Below, piece after piece: positions 41,269-54,913 of a DNA stretch of 64,000 nt. Every line of letters begins with the position of its first letter. Within the stretch, counting starts at the first letter, position 1. Source of the DNA: Octopus sinensis. Lineage: Eukaryota. The stretch covers positions 38,192,001-38,256,000 of the forward strand of contig NC_043009.1 in the NCBI RefSeq assembly GCF_006345805.1. Reading direction: 5' to 3'. The notes under the pieces were generated by a model, which saw only the letters and a list, made by a program, of their open reading frames with translations, had not been told where the DNA came from and ran no database searches. Position numbers and translations under genes: made by a program.

Positions 41269-42093
41269 TTTTACATATTTATGTATTTATATCTGTGTAA
41301 GCCTTCATGTATTTGTATATTCACCTTATTAATTTTCTTCCATATCTGTTAAATATTGTCAGGCGTTGTTTTCATGTTTATCCTAGCATTTACAACTGGC
41401 TTTTTCTCTTTATAGGCATGGACATCACAGCATCCTATCTTCCTTTCGTTTTTATGTAAATGTCGCAAATTGATAGTCATTCAATTATAATTTGCGCTAA
41501 ATCATTATATTTTCACATATGTCCATCAGAACTGGAGGCAAATTGTTGGCTGATGTGCAAGAGGGTAGGTCAAAATGCCTAGATTTCGTCCTGAATTCAA
41601 TTCCTTCTGAAGACAACTTTGTCTTTCGCCCTTTCGGGCCGATAAATAACATACACCTTTAAGGTGGTGGACTAGCAGAATCATTAAAACCGTATTTACT
41701 CCAGCTCTTTACGATCTGAGTTCAGATCTCAACATGGCCTGTGTAAGTAGCGGATTTAATCCATCGCCAAGTTTAATACCACCATGAGGGCCTTGGGTGT
41801 CTTCAGCAGGGTTTTTTCTATGTTGTAAGCATTCAGTCCAGTTTAAGTATACCCTCCTTCTTCCCCTCTGTCAGTCTAGGAAGCCCTGAAAAGGGTCAAG
41901 AGCAAAACCCTTCCTATTGGTTAAGCATGAAAAAATTCCTGTCAGAGTACATTTTTCTGATGTTGGCAAAAACATCACATTTGCTCGTTAACTGTCACTC
42001 TACTTCCTTTCTCGTCAGTTAAACAACCAATCAGTAATTTTGAGATCAGGCCCGATGCACAAAACTGAAAATAAGGAACAGAATATCACTATA

Positions 42094-42679
42094 TACCAGG
42101 TGTTAGGGGTATTTGGTAACATTTAATTATCAGTATATATATCTCTCCCCAAACCAATTAAATGATTTCTGTTTCTATCATAGCCCCTATGGCAGATAAA
42201 ATGCTAACACAAGAAATGAAAAGACAAGCACTCGTTGTGCGGAAGAAAGAGTTTTAGAAATTGCCAGCCTTCTAAATGTTACAAGATCTTTTGTACATAA
42301 AGCCCAAAACCTTCTCAAAATGCTTAGGTTGCTCAAGAATGAATGTCAGACAGTCTTTACCATTATATAACATCAAACTTTATATCACCAGATTTCAGTC
42401 TCATGGACTCCTATGGTTGGAGCAGTGTTGAAAAGGAGACCAGTTCACATCCTCACGATACCATAACTTCATTCAAGGCCACCAATCTTCAGGTGATCTC
42501 CGAAATGAATAAAAGCCATTTAGTGCAAGCATGTCAACGGTCACGGTCGTGCATTGAGGCAGTGATCAAAGCTGAAGGCGGATTCTTTATATGAAAGCTT
42601 ATCGTGAACACGTGCACATTTTTTTTCATTGAAATACATATGGTTTCATTAAATTAACAAGTACCTATTGCACCCTGTA
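42094..42679 (+). mobile_element. Internally deleted maT/Tc1-like (DD37D-type) transposon
   Basis: Imperfect TIRs taccaggtg..ggtatttggtaac and gttaa..gtacctattgcaccctgta. N-terminal EMKRQALVV..EIASLLNVTRSFVHK joined to C-terminal SPDFSLMDSYGWSSVEKET...ACQRSRSCIEAVIKAEGGFFI*. Confidence 0.85.
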
Positions 42680-43029
42680 GTTACATAGTCACAAAAAGAA
42701 ATAAAAATATGAAATAGTGTATGAGTAGAATATGAAGACAATACGGTAAAGAGTCTGTAAGACTGGGACATCTAGTGCAAGGGAATATATTCACTGTTTT
42801 GGACTATCATGAATCGTTCTGAAGATTACTCTGTTAGTTTACTCCCCAACACACTTGTATATGTGAATCTACACACACTCATATATTCATATGTATTTAT
42901 TTTATATACTTGCAAATGTTGATACAGTATCTATTATATATATGTAACTAACAAGATTTTGAATTATTTTTAAATGAATGGCATAAACACCTATTCTCTC
43001 ACCACATTTCTGATATCTGTTCTATTCGC

Positions 43030-43062
<33 letters not shown>

Positions 43063-43789
43063 TGTTGTATGTAGGTATGTATGTATGTATGTATGTTATG
43101 TATATATATATATAGATATGTTGTTCAGAGTGTATCCATCTGTGTTTTTAGAGATCGGTGACCCATCACCTCTTAAGATATCTAAGACATAATCCCCCTA
43201 AGATCGTTTCAACTTGGCATTTTCGCTTAGCTTAGTTTTTGGCTTCCTCACAATTTCTGTTGCTATTTTTTCTTTTTTTCCTCACAACTGTCAACCAGGT
43301 TAGTCTCACTTTAGTGTTTGTTAGCTTCATTGAAATTAGGAAAAAGTATTTGTTTTATCAGCGTTTCGTAGCTAATTATATTACTTTCCTATTGTTATTT
43401 GAACAAACCTACTGGAGACTAGCATCCTCTCTCTCCTCACTTTTCTCTCCAAATAGAACTCGCAAATCTTCAGTGTTTAACCGAAGAACCGAAGAAGAAA
43501 GAACCAGTCTCTAGTCCTTTTTGCTACATTCAACACAACCTCTTCTACCATAGACAACAGACGAGGACGGTCTTTCCGATAGAGTTTTATAGAGGATATT
43601 TTATCATCATTCTCTTGTATGAGGCCCCCAACCTTCTGTATCGGTGGCAAATATAATTTTTTCTACGTCAAATTTTGGCTAAACTGTTCCAAACGCAGTT
43701 ATTCTTCTTCTTGCTTTCTGAGTTAGCTTACCAGTTCATTTACAACTTATTACTAGGATTAATGGAGTATTCATTTTCTTTTACCTTTT

Positions 43790-44060
43790 ACTTTTTTTCA
43801 GTCATTGGACGGCGACCATCCAGGGGGCATACTTCGAAAGTTTAGCAGAACAAATCGACCCCAGCATTTATTTTCTAAGGCTATCGGTGATACAATCCAA
43901 CACAAACTGCCAAGCGGTGTGGAGGGGCACAAAGGCAGAGAAACACATACGCACATACATACATGACGGATTTCCACACAGTTTCCGCCTACCAAACTCA
44001 CTTATGTGCCTGAACCTGAAATCATGTAACTGCAAGGAGAGTTTTTTTAAAAATCACATT
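43790..44060 (-). mobile_element. SINE family A, deleted and diverged
   Basis: tcagtcattggacggcgacc..gaacaaatcgaccccag..cagtttccgcctaccaaactcac. Confidence 0.7.
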
Positions 44061-44264
44061 GCTGTGTCTGTGCATATTACTTCACAGCTATTTCAGAATT
44101 TATATCTGTTTTAAAAATTATGCTAATGAAGCTATAATATATTTTTCATATGCTTATTTTACCCTCTTAGTTCACTCATACCCAAGTTTTTGTAAAGTTT
44201 ACCTTTATTTTAATCTTCTTATCTTTGTTCTTTTATCTTGCAGTTATTAATATACTTATTTACT

Positions 44265-44460
44265 TAAGCCCTTTGCTCTCTATGGAGTACACACCCTCGA
44301 ATTTTCTCTACTGTTCTCGGTTCCCAGCTGCGATTTCTACTTATCCCCTGTTGGATCCCTACCTTTTCAGCTGTGACCCAGTATTCTGCTTCCAGTAATT
44401 TTTAGGGCGTTCCCTCATCCGTCTTTTTTTGTGAGTTCCATCTTAGGCACTGACGTGTCG
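44265..44460 (-). mobile_element. RTE-clade LINE 3' fragment
   Basis: Minus frame KRRMRERPKNYW...EIAAGNREQ*RK resembles RTE KR.RGRPK.TW...A.DR..WR. Confidence 0.6.
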
Positions 44461-44699
44461 TATGTTTCTCCGAGGGTGGGCCTTCCTCTCCCAGGGCTTG
44501 CTGGTTTTGAGTTGCTATGGTTCCTTCTGTAACTTTGTCATCACACCACAACAAAAACTGGACCTTGTGATTGAAGATATTAATGTTTCTTTAATTTGTC
44601 AGATGTCGGTGAGCCTAATGATACCGAGGGCTCAGCGCGAAATTGAGAAGTACGGGGTTCGATCCTCTGTAGCGGCTTTCTGGCTACATTTTAAAAAAA

Positions 44700-44909
44700 A
44701 AGCGGTGAACTGGCAGAATCGTTAGCTCACCCGGCAAAATGCTTAGTGACAGTTTGCCGGTCTTTATGTTCTGAGCTCAAATTCAGTCGAGGTCGACTTA
44801 GCCTTTCATTCTTCTGGAGTCGATAAAATAAGCACCAGTTAATCATTGGGGTTGATGTAATCGACTTCCATCCACTCCGAAATTGCTGGCCTTGTGCCAA
44901 AATTTGAAA
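44700..44909 (+). mobile_element. SINE family B (B2 tail)
   Basis: gaactggcagaatcgttagc...gaggtcgacttagcctttc...ggccttgtgccaaaatttgaaa. Confidence 0.85.
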
Positions 44910-45678
44910 ATGATATGTCTCTTTAATTTCTCTCTCTTCAAAGTTCCCTTGGTGCATTCTTTCCAATCTGAATCTCGTACCTAGACGCCTATTGAACGAA
45001 TTTTGCTATCAGCAGAGTTGATAGTGAAAATCATCCCATTTGGGGGCCTAGAGAGAAAGTGGTTATCCGTTGGATACAGCAGTAAGGGATAAAGAACTGG
45101 GGAAGACTACATTCCTCCTCGACCAAAACTTTTCAAGATCGACTTGGGGAGGAAAGTGAGGGTAGAAAGACGGTGCCACTCTCCATAAAATTTGTCTCAA
45201 TGTGGTCAAGGAATGGCGAGTATGCCTACACTTATCCTGACCATGTTGACTAGTGCTTCTCAACCACTTTTTTCCTATGAACCATTTTGATTCCTAGTTT
45301 ACTCAACCGGACCCCCTTAACCATACGGTGTTTTAAAAAATTCCTGTTATTTGTTTTAAATTACATATTATTAGGGATTTTATAAAAAAAGTTGTGAAAA
45401 TATTTTGTGCATTACAGAAGTATAACCAATTTGATTACACATAGATTTGAACAACAACATCTTATATGGACACCAAAGAGTCATATGGAACCTGTTTCAG
45501 AACAACTCGTGTAGACCGAAAAATAAACTGGGGTAGGGAGTTTACAGGTTTACAGATTTACAGGTTTTCTTTTTGTTCTGCTTTGTTTTCTTCATACAGT
45601 TTTTGTGGAAATCGCGGAACTTTTTGTAATCTGTTCTTGTAACATTTACCTCATCCATCTTCCTGCTAGGTATAAAAG

Positions 45679-45746
<68 letters not shown>

Positions 45747-45760
45747 TACTACTACTACTA

Positions 45761-45800
<40 letters not shown>

Positions 45801-45877
45801 TGTCTTTCTATGAAATACTGCTTGAGTCTGTAAGGATGTTACTATTCTGGGGTAACGAAATCCAGATTCAACATACG

Positions 45878-45957
<80 letters not shown>

Positions 45958-46143
45958 GATAGATAGATATATATATATTTATATATACATATATATATTT
46001 ATATATACATACATATATTTGTATATACCTATATATACATATATATATTTATATATATACATATATATTTATATATATACATATATATACGTACATTTAT
46101 ATACATATATATCTATATACATATACATATTTATATATATATA

Positions 46144-46200
<57 letters not shown>

Positions 46201-47494
46201 TCACACATATATACATATATACACACACATATATACATACATACATACAAACGCACGCATACTAACAAACACCTCCGCCCCCACACAACTTTATTTTGGA
46301 ACGAAAGAAACATAAACTAAGAACAAACAGCTTTAAATGTTGTTTCCTTACGAAACGTCTAAGAAAGAGAAGAAGCTTCATGTCGGAAAGATGGCGGCGA
46401 AAACTTTCTGATCTGATATGATAAGCAACCGATTTGCTTGGTTAAGCTTTTCTCAGGAGGTATATTTTTCGCTTAAATTTATAATGTGATTTTTGTGCTA
46501 ATAAGATCGAAAGAAATTAGTTTGTTATTTTATAAGATATGTGAAAGGAGAAAGTCACTAACAATCAAATCTTCTTTCTGTAATGCTCTTGTTCTGGTCG
46601 GTGAATATATTTGATAAATACAAACCAAGTTTAAAACTACTTTGATTGTTCTAAGCTAATACGTTTCTCTGATTCCTCCAACCCATTGCCGATATGCTGG
46701 AAGTATTTCGCATGAATTTAGAATGTTGGTAAATTTCATAAAGAATTCTAAGTTAAAATGATAAACAGTGCAAACATGAATAATTTCATGCTTTGTTACC
46801 TCTTGTGTTCTGTCTGTCGCTATTATTGTATTTATTTAAGACATTCACCAGAACAAATTAATGATTTGTGGAGTTTAAATTATGTGCTAATCAATCATAT
46901 TAACCTTTCTTTTGATCGGTCGGACATGAGATCGATTTTGTATGAACATGTTAGCGAGATCAACGAAAGCAGTTTACCTTGAGAAGATCTAACGATATTA
47001 CCAGCAATGATTAATCGAAGTTGGCTTACATGCTCCTGTCAGTTTGTTGGTGCTCGCAAAAGATTATTAGAAAGGTGAAGTAATTCCTGTATAGAATCCA
47101 AAACACTCCTAGGGATTTCGGCTGACAGTTAAAGTCAGCAAAATGTCAAGGGATAAAGATAAACAGAATTAAGATAATACTTTCGTATTATTCCATGAAA
47201 GATAACATCAGAATTAAGCCGAGATTCATGTTATTCTCTTGCCGTTGCATATTTTAGTCTACTGACGCGAAGAAACAAATATCATTTTAATATTTTTCTT
47301 TCATCCATATCACTATATTAAAACAAGTTATTGAAAAACAAATATTGGCAGATAAACGTTGCTATTAATGGTAAATATGGATAATTAAGTGCCAGTACAT
47401 CAATTGCAAGGAAAGCGCTTTATTTTCTTTGATTTCCAAAGCTTATCTGAGTGTGCCGATTCCTTTCTGCTAGATATTATTTGATGAATATTAA

Positions 47495-48020
47495 GGTGGC
47501 GAGGTGGCATTTCGTCCGTTTTCATGTTCTTAGTTAAAATTCCGTCGAGGTCAACTTTGCATTTCATCATTTCAAGGTTGATAAAATAAGTACCAGTTGA
47601 GTACCGAGGTCGATGTAATCGATTTACCTCTCCCCTGAAATTGCTGGCCTTGTGCCAGAATTTAAAATCATTATTTGTTGAATATTAAGGCGGCGAGCTG
47701 GCAGAAACGTTAGCACGTCGGGCCAAATGCTTAGCGGTATTTCGTCTGCCGTTATGTTCTGAGTTCAAATTACGCCGAGGTCGACTTTGCCTTTCATCCT
47801 TTCTGGGGTTGATTAAATAAGTACAAGTTACGCACTGGGATCGATATAATTGACTTAATCCCTTTGTCTGTAATTGTTTGTCCCCTCTATGTTTAGCCCC
47901 CTTGTGGGCAATAAAGAAATAAGAAACTTTAACATGCTGGACAAATTCTCGGTGGCATTTCTTCGTGCTCTACGTTCTGAGGTCAAATGTCACTTGGCTC
48001 GACTTTGCTTTCTGTCGACA
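47495..48020 (+). mobile_element. Three consecutive SINE B copies (B2 47495-47670, B1 47689-47921, partial 47922-48020)
   Basis: Repeated heads ggYggcgagStggca. The target ttatttgWtgaatattaa is duplicated before the first two copies. Confidence 0.88.
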
Positions 48021-48251
48021 AGAATAAAGTATTAGAATAATTCGCCCGTATTTGTAACAAACAATTATTTTCCGAATATTATTCTACATAGGGGAAGAAT
48101 TTTGAGAATGATACAATTACCATAATATACTAATGTCTATGGTTTTAATATCAAGAAGTTAGTGACAATATTCGAAAGAGAATTCTACCGATGTTTGCAA
48201 AAATATCTTTCTCCGATACTTCCGTGTTCCGGGTTCGAATTCTTCAAATAT

Positions 48252-48640
48252 GGAAGGAAGCACTCCGTTGGTAACGACGATGAGGGTTCCGGTTGATCCG
48301 AATCAACGGAACGGCCTGCTCGTGAAATTAACGTGTAAGTGGCTGAGCACTCCACAGACACGTGCACCTTTAACGTAGTTCTCGGGGATATTCAGCGTGA
48401 CACAGAGAGTGACAAGGCCGGTCCCTTGAAATACAGGTGCAACAGAAACAGGAAGTAAGAGTGAGAGAAAGTTGTGGTGAAAGAGTACAGCAGGGATCAC
48501 CACCATCCCCTGCCGGAGCCTCGTGGAGCTTTTAGGTGTTTTCGCTCAATAAACACTCACAACGCCCGGTCTGGGAATCGAAACCGCGATCCTACGACCG
48601 CGAGTCCGCTGCCCTAACCACTGGGCCATTGCGCCTCCAC
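48252..48640 (-). mobile_element. SINE family C, full length
   Basis: Highly similar to 28138-28537. 11-bp TSD tcttcaaatat at 48241-48251 and 48641-48651. (TTCC)n tail. Confidence 0.93.
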
Positions 48641-49454
48641 TCTTCAAATATACTGAATCGATCAGTATATTTAAGTAGTAACGGCTTCTGCGCTTGATTA
48701 AATCATTATTTTCTATATTTATGCAAATTCCATTGTATCCGTTATAAAATTTATTCTTCAAAGATTAACAACGCACTCACTTATCTACTTTCTACCCATC
48801 AAAAACGAATACTACATACTGCAATATCCTAGGGTTCTAAGCTCATCACTTTTCAGTATCTTGTCAAAGAAATTGAAAATTCAACATGGAATTCATGTAG
48901 ATATATTGAATAAGAGCGTCGAGCTACTTCACTATCATGATTTCTAGAGGAGCCAACGTATCGCAGCAAGAAACGTAGTTGAAGGCTACAGCATCAAACT
49001 CCATCACCACACCACCAAAACAAGGTACTATAGAAATAGTACAAATTGTATAGGTCTGCTAAAAGGTTTTCCTTGGTAACATAGCTTTTTGCTTATGAAA
49101 TAAATCATTTATTATTAATCAGAGGGGTCATAGAAGTAAGGATTAAGATATTAAGTTTTATGATCATAGTAGGGAAAAACTTATCTATTCTTAGTCATCT
49201 AATTACTTTTCCTTCTAGCAAATCACCAACATCGCAAATTTGATATTCAGATAACGGTATATATTTGTAAATCACATGACACAACATTAATCTAATTTAT
49301 CAAATTTCATATGATTAAATTATAGCAGCACAAACCACCAACAATTTCAGAATGTTCAATGTTGTGGTAGATATTTTTATGTATGTAAGCGAAAACAAGA
49401 AAGCATTTTTCTAATGGAACAAGCAGAAAGATTTTCAAAGCGTTTGGAATTTAA

Positions 49455-49625
49455 ATAGAGAGAGGATGGAAATGTCTTAATGGACTCCGCATTGGATTTA
49501 GTCTAGTCAGAGATACCAATGTAAAATGAGGACCTAATGTGGAATTCCCTTTATGTAACTGTGGAACAGTTCAAACGAAGTGTCGTCTGGTGGTCCACTC
49601 ATTAATGGATTCCCCTTACTGATTG
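49455..49625 (+). mobile_element. LINE ORF2 C-terminal fragment (Jockey/I-like zinc-knuckle region)
   Basis: ERGWKCLNGLRIG...VK*G...LCNCGTVQT resembles W..LNRLRTG...KWG...C.CG..QT..H. Confidence 0.55.
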
Positions 49626-49734
49626 GATGATTTGAGAAATAATATTAAGATAATATTATGCAAGATAGCATAAGACTGTGGAAAGATTTGAAACAACAAC
49701 AAAAACAACAGCAACAACAACAATAATAATGATG

Positions 49735-50072
49735 GTCTCAAATTTTGGTACAAGGCCAGCTACTTTGAGGGAGCGGGTAGTCGATTACATCGACCCCAGT
49801 GCTCAACTGGTACTTATTTTATCGATTCTGAATGGATGAAAGACTAAGTCGATCTCGGCAGAATCTGAACTCAGAACGTAACGACGAGCGAATTTTGAGG
49901 GGATGAAGGATTAGTCAATGCCGTGAACACCAGTACTCGATTGGTACTTTGTTACATTGGCCCAAGAACGATGAAGGACAAAATTGATCTCGGTGGGAGT
50001 TGAACTTAGAAAGTAAAAGGACCATAACAAATGCCGCAAAACATTTCAACCAACGACCTAACGATTCTGCCA
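49735..50072 (-). mobile_element. Two diverged SINE B copies
   Basis: caaattttggtacaaggccagc, atcgaccccagtgctcaactggtac and tgaactcagaacgt. Confidence 0.7.
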
Positions 50073-50614
50073 AAAACTAAACGTCTTAACATTAAAATAA
50101 AATTAGAAAATATGCAAATATTAGAAATGGTAAATTTGCTGAATAATTCCAACGTATCTCGTCACCTTTACATATGTGAAATGTGAAAAATTTTGACTCA
50201 AGAATTATAAGTAACACATCTATAATACTCATATATACAAATATTGTTGCTTTTGGAAGAACACATAAGCCAGACATGAATTTGGAAAAAATCATAAGAG
50301 AAAATGAAAATATTTACTTTAGTTTGTCGAAGACATCAATCTCATATCGACTGTGCTGAAGGAACTAATGAAAAACATTGGATTTCAACTGGGTTGTTTT
50401 CGGTGATTACATTTCGAGCCATGATTGACCCATAATTCCACTTAAAATCAGTGAATTATCGGTTAAGTTGAGTCAACAATTAAGAAACTGCTCCAGAACA
50501 GGAAAAAACTTCGGCATGCATGAACATGCGTTCGTGTTTAAATATACATACATGTATACGTGTTTGTATATCTGTTATATGAACAGCCATATTTGCACGG
50601 CTAATAAAGAAACA

Positions 50615-50900
<286 letters not shown>

Positions 50901-53077
50901 CATAAGTAAACATGCACACGCATATGCATATAGATATAATAATAATAATAGATGAACATAAATGGATATAAATTGTTAAATTATTTTACGTACATTTCCA
51001 TTGAATGGCTCCTTATTTGCTATATATATTTATATCTATATCTATTATTACACAAATGCATTCTTACACACACACACATAGGCACACACTCTCATATACA
51101 TGCATTTATGTCAGCATTGTGAATAAACAGATAAAGTTATTGGAACATGGAAAACGTTATTTGAATATTCCATTTTTGCTCCATTCTCTTTTCTCCCTCC
51201 ACCAAATAATTATCTGATGCTTGTTAATCCATGTATTTCAATTTTGTTTTAATCTTACGTTGATCTTATGGATTACTCCATCGCTTACCATAACAATGAA
51301 GCGTATGAAAGAATCTAATAATTTTACTCCAAGGTAGTTTCATTTTGCCAGAATTTTCCGATTTTTCTTTTTCCTTCCAAATTTGAATAAGAATAGGGAA
51401 CAATTATGCTTGTAAAAACCAAATTTGTCATTCGAAATTATCACTAAAACCAAGCATTCTCCTATTTCTATAGATTACAAAGAATTTATAACGAATTCGC
51501 AATAAATTTCCTTCTATTATAAAAAAAGTCACAGGAAAAAGAACGAAATTGAAGTTCAATAGTTGTAATGAAACATCGAATAACGCAAAATAAAAACATA
51601 ACGTCTGTAAAATCTTGACGTTTTGTTTGTTATCAAAAGTAAATTACTATTGGTTGAAAATTCGCGAACGGAAATGAATTTTTCCCTGACATTACATTGG
51701 GAATAGTTTTCACATATGGGTCATTAAAATTATTGAAAGAACTCATATAAATTCTGACACATGGTTTTCTTTGGGGGATTGTGTTTTGCGGTTTGTTTTC
51801 ATTTTGGTTTTCGTTTAAATTAAATAAAATTTTGTACAGATTTAATTTGAAATATATGTAAATGGTAGCGAAATTTAGTCTCAGATTTATAACAACCATC
51901 ATCATAATGTATAACTATGTTTCGAGAATTCTTTTTCCAATTTCTAGCGTCTGAAATAGAAGATAACAGAGACAAATAAATCGTACAAGTTCTTGATTTT
52001 ATGAACATTTAACCATAAAGTTGGTTTCGATATCGGAGCAACTTCTCATATATCTCAGCGCTTTATACATTTCTTAAGTATTAGAGAAGTGCTTCTCAAG
52101 CGGTGCGCTACAAAGGGTATCTACAATGTGAGCATGTATACGTGTGTGTGTTGTTAGTTATGTGTGTGCGTGCGTGAGTTGTGTATGTGATTATTATGTG
52201 TGTGTTTGTTTGTTTGTTTGTTTGTTTGTTTGTTTGTGTGTGTGTATGTGTGTGTGTGCTTACTTACTCTTGGCCGTATATTTACTAAAAGAGAAGCAAC
52301 ATTTTAAAAGTTTTAGAAAATCTATATCAATTCTTCAGTATTTTAGAAAACGCGCTATTTGTAGCTTTGTTATACACTGTATGATTGATAAAACATGGTA
52401 TGCAATAGTTTGTATACATATATTCATATATACATAATACTCATACACACACACATGTATGTTCATAAAACCATGCAAAGCAGGAGATTTCGATTGTAAA
52501 ATATTTACTCGAATAATCTTACGCACATCCCATTAACAAAGAACGATTATCAGTTACATAATGCAAATTACACAATCCAAATGGATTGTCAAATCTTCAG
52601 AGATGAGTAGCTTTTATTAGTAATATTACTGGATTTCTGATAGGATTCTCGTCACTGATCTTGTAACAACAACAACAACAAAAACAAAAACAACAACAAC
52701 AACAACAACAGCAGCAGCAGCAACAACAACAACAACAACAACAGCATCAGCAGCAGCAACAACAACAACAACACGCACACACATAACACATACACACACA
52801 CACACGCGAAGAGTTGTCTTTAACTTACAAATAGCCTTAACTTTGTACCAATAATTCGTTTATATCAAGTGTAGTACGAAGTTCAAATGCTTGTAAATCA
52901 ATAATTTACAGAATGTATTTAAAACTTATTATGAAAATAAAAAAATAATTCACGACATTGGAATGTGTCTGACGTCTTGTTGCAGATTTTCTTGAGTGGC
53001 TCCAAATCTTTCATCGTGGGTCCTAATGTACACTGATAAGCCCATAAAGGGGTCTGTTCACTTGTCACAGTTCAAAA

Positions 53078-53345
53078 GCGCGTGGCCTAAATGTTAGCGC
53101 ATTGTATTTACGATCGTAAAATCGGGGTTTCGACTTCTGGACCGGGTGATGAGTTGGGTGCTCGAGTAAAACACGTCATTTCACGTTGCCACAGTCCACT
53201 CGACTGTAAATGAGTAAACCTGCGATGGATGGGTATCCAGTTCAGAGGGAATATATTAATTTCCGTCAATTATACAACATGGAAACCAGGACTCGTGGCA
53301 GTAATATCTAGGGGACAGATGATGAGGATGATGATGATGATGATG
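53078..53345 (+). mobile_element. Old tRNA-SINE with V/Meta-SINE-like central domain and (GAT)n tail
   Basis: Head gcgtggcctaaatgttagcgc..tttcgacttc, core cagtccactcgactgtaaatgagta, domain cctgcgatggatgggtatccag. Confidence 0.65.
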
Positions 53346-53564
53346 TATAATTCGATACATGGTTTTCAAGTAATTTCCTGATTTTCATTTCGGTTTTAAG
53401 TCTCAAAGTTCTCTCCATTTCTCTAGATTTGGGTACAGGTAATATCTATATTGCTATGAAGATGAAAGGAAACATGAAAATTCACATCCTGAATGAAAAG
53501 ACAGAAAGTCGAATAAAGATGATGCAATGCCAAAAGGCATCTGAACTTATACTTGTTTATAGGT

Positions 53565-54075
53565 GTAGACAAGGCTAGGTCGAGAAGCTAGATTTGCGAC
53601 CATGTGGTTTCGGGTTCAATCGCACTGCGCAGCACTTTGAGCAAGTGTTTTCGACTATAATCCCAAGCTGATCAAAGTCTTGTGAAATGATATGGTTGGT
53701 GAAAATTGTGCTGAACCCCGTCGAATGTATGTCTGTATGTATTTATGTTACTCTTTACTCTTTTACTCTTTTACTTGTTTCAGTGATGTGACTGTGGCCA
53801 TGCTGGACCACCACCTTTAGTCGAGCAAATCGACCGGACGTTGTGTGTGTTTATTGAGCGAAAACACGTTAAAAGCTCCACGAGGCTCCGGCAGGGGGTG
53901 GTGGCGACCCATGTTGTACTCTTTCGCCACAACCTTCTCTCACTCTTTCTTCCTGTTTCTTTAGTAACGCTGCGATGGACTGGCGTCCCGTCCAGTTGAG
54001 GGGGGGACACATACGCCACAGAAACCGGGAAACCGGGCCCATGAGCCTGGCTAAGCTTGAAAAGGGCGCATAGAA
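53565..54075. mobile_element. SINE cluster: diverged A head (+), A 3' tip (-, 53747-53836), C-body variant (+, 53836-54075)
   Basis: Matches to other copies in this window. Confidence 0.75.
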
Positions 54076-54372
54076 AATAGACAAGCAACCATACAACACG
54101 TTTGCTCATCATCTCTAATATGCTGTGTGCTCCCCTTACCCGTGCCCTGTGACTACATAGCTGTTGACTCCACGACGGGTTCATGGTGAGATTTATTATT
54201 AATGTATTAAACATATTATATATAATATTTATTATTAATGTCTTAAACATATTGTATATGATATCCGTTTGCATATATATATATTCATAATCAAGCTGTG
54301 CTGACGCTTTAATTACAATGTGAGAATGTATACGCGTGAGTTGTGTATGTGTATGTTATGTGTTTGTTTGCT

Positions 54373-54421
<49 letters not shown>

Positions 54422-54763
54422 GTGTGTGTGTGCGTGCTTACTCTTGGCCATATATTTAATAAAAGAGAAGCTACATTAGACATTGCTGAACATGCCAACG
54501 TAAATGAGACGTGATGTATGTATTGTGTGTGTGCATGTGTTTATATGTACGTACAAATATGAATATACCTATATATACATACATTTATACACATATACAT
54601 ACGCACACACACACATTATAATATATTATATATTATGTCAAATTATATATATACATTTGTATGTATGTATCGGCAGTTATTTTTGTTACATATATCAACA
54701 CACCGCCATGTCACATACTTCTCTCTCCTTCTCCACTACATTATAACCCTTATAGGCAACCTA

Positions 54764-54795
<32 letters not shown>

Positions 54796-54830
54796 CACCA
54801 CCACCACCACCACCACCGCCGCCGCCGCCG

Positions 54831-54872
<42 letters not shown>

Positions 54873-54882
54873 ATAATAATAA

Positions 54883-54913
<31 letters not shown>

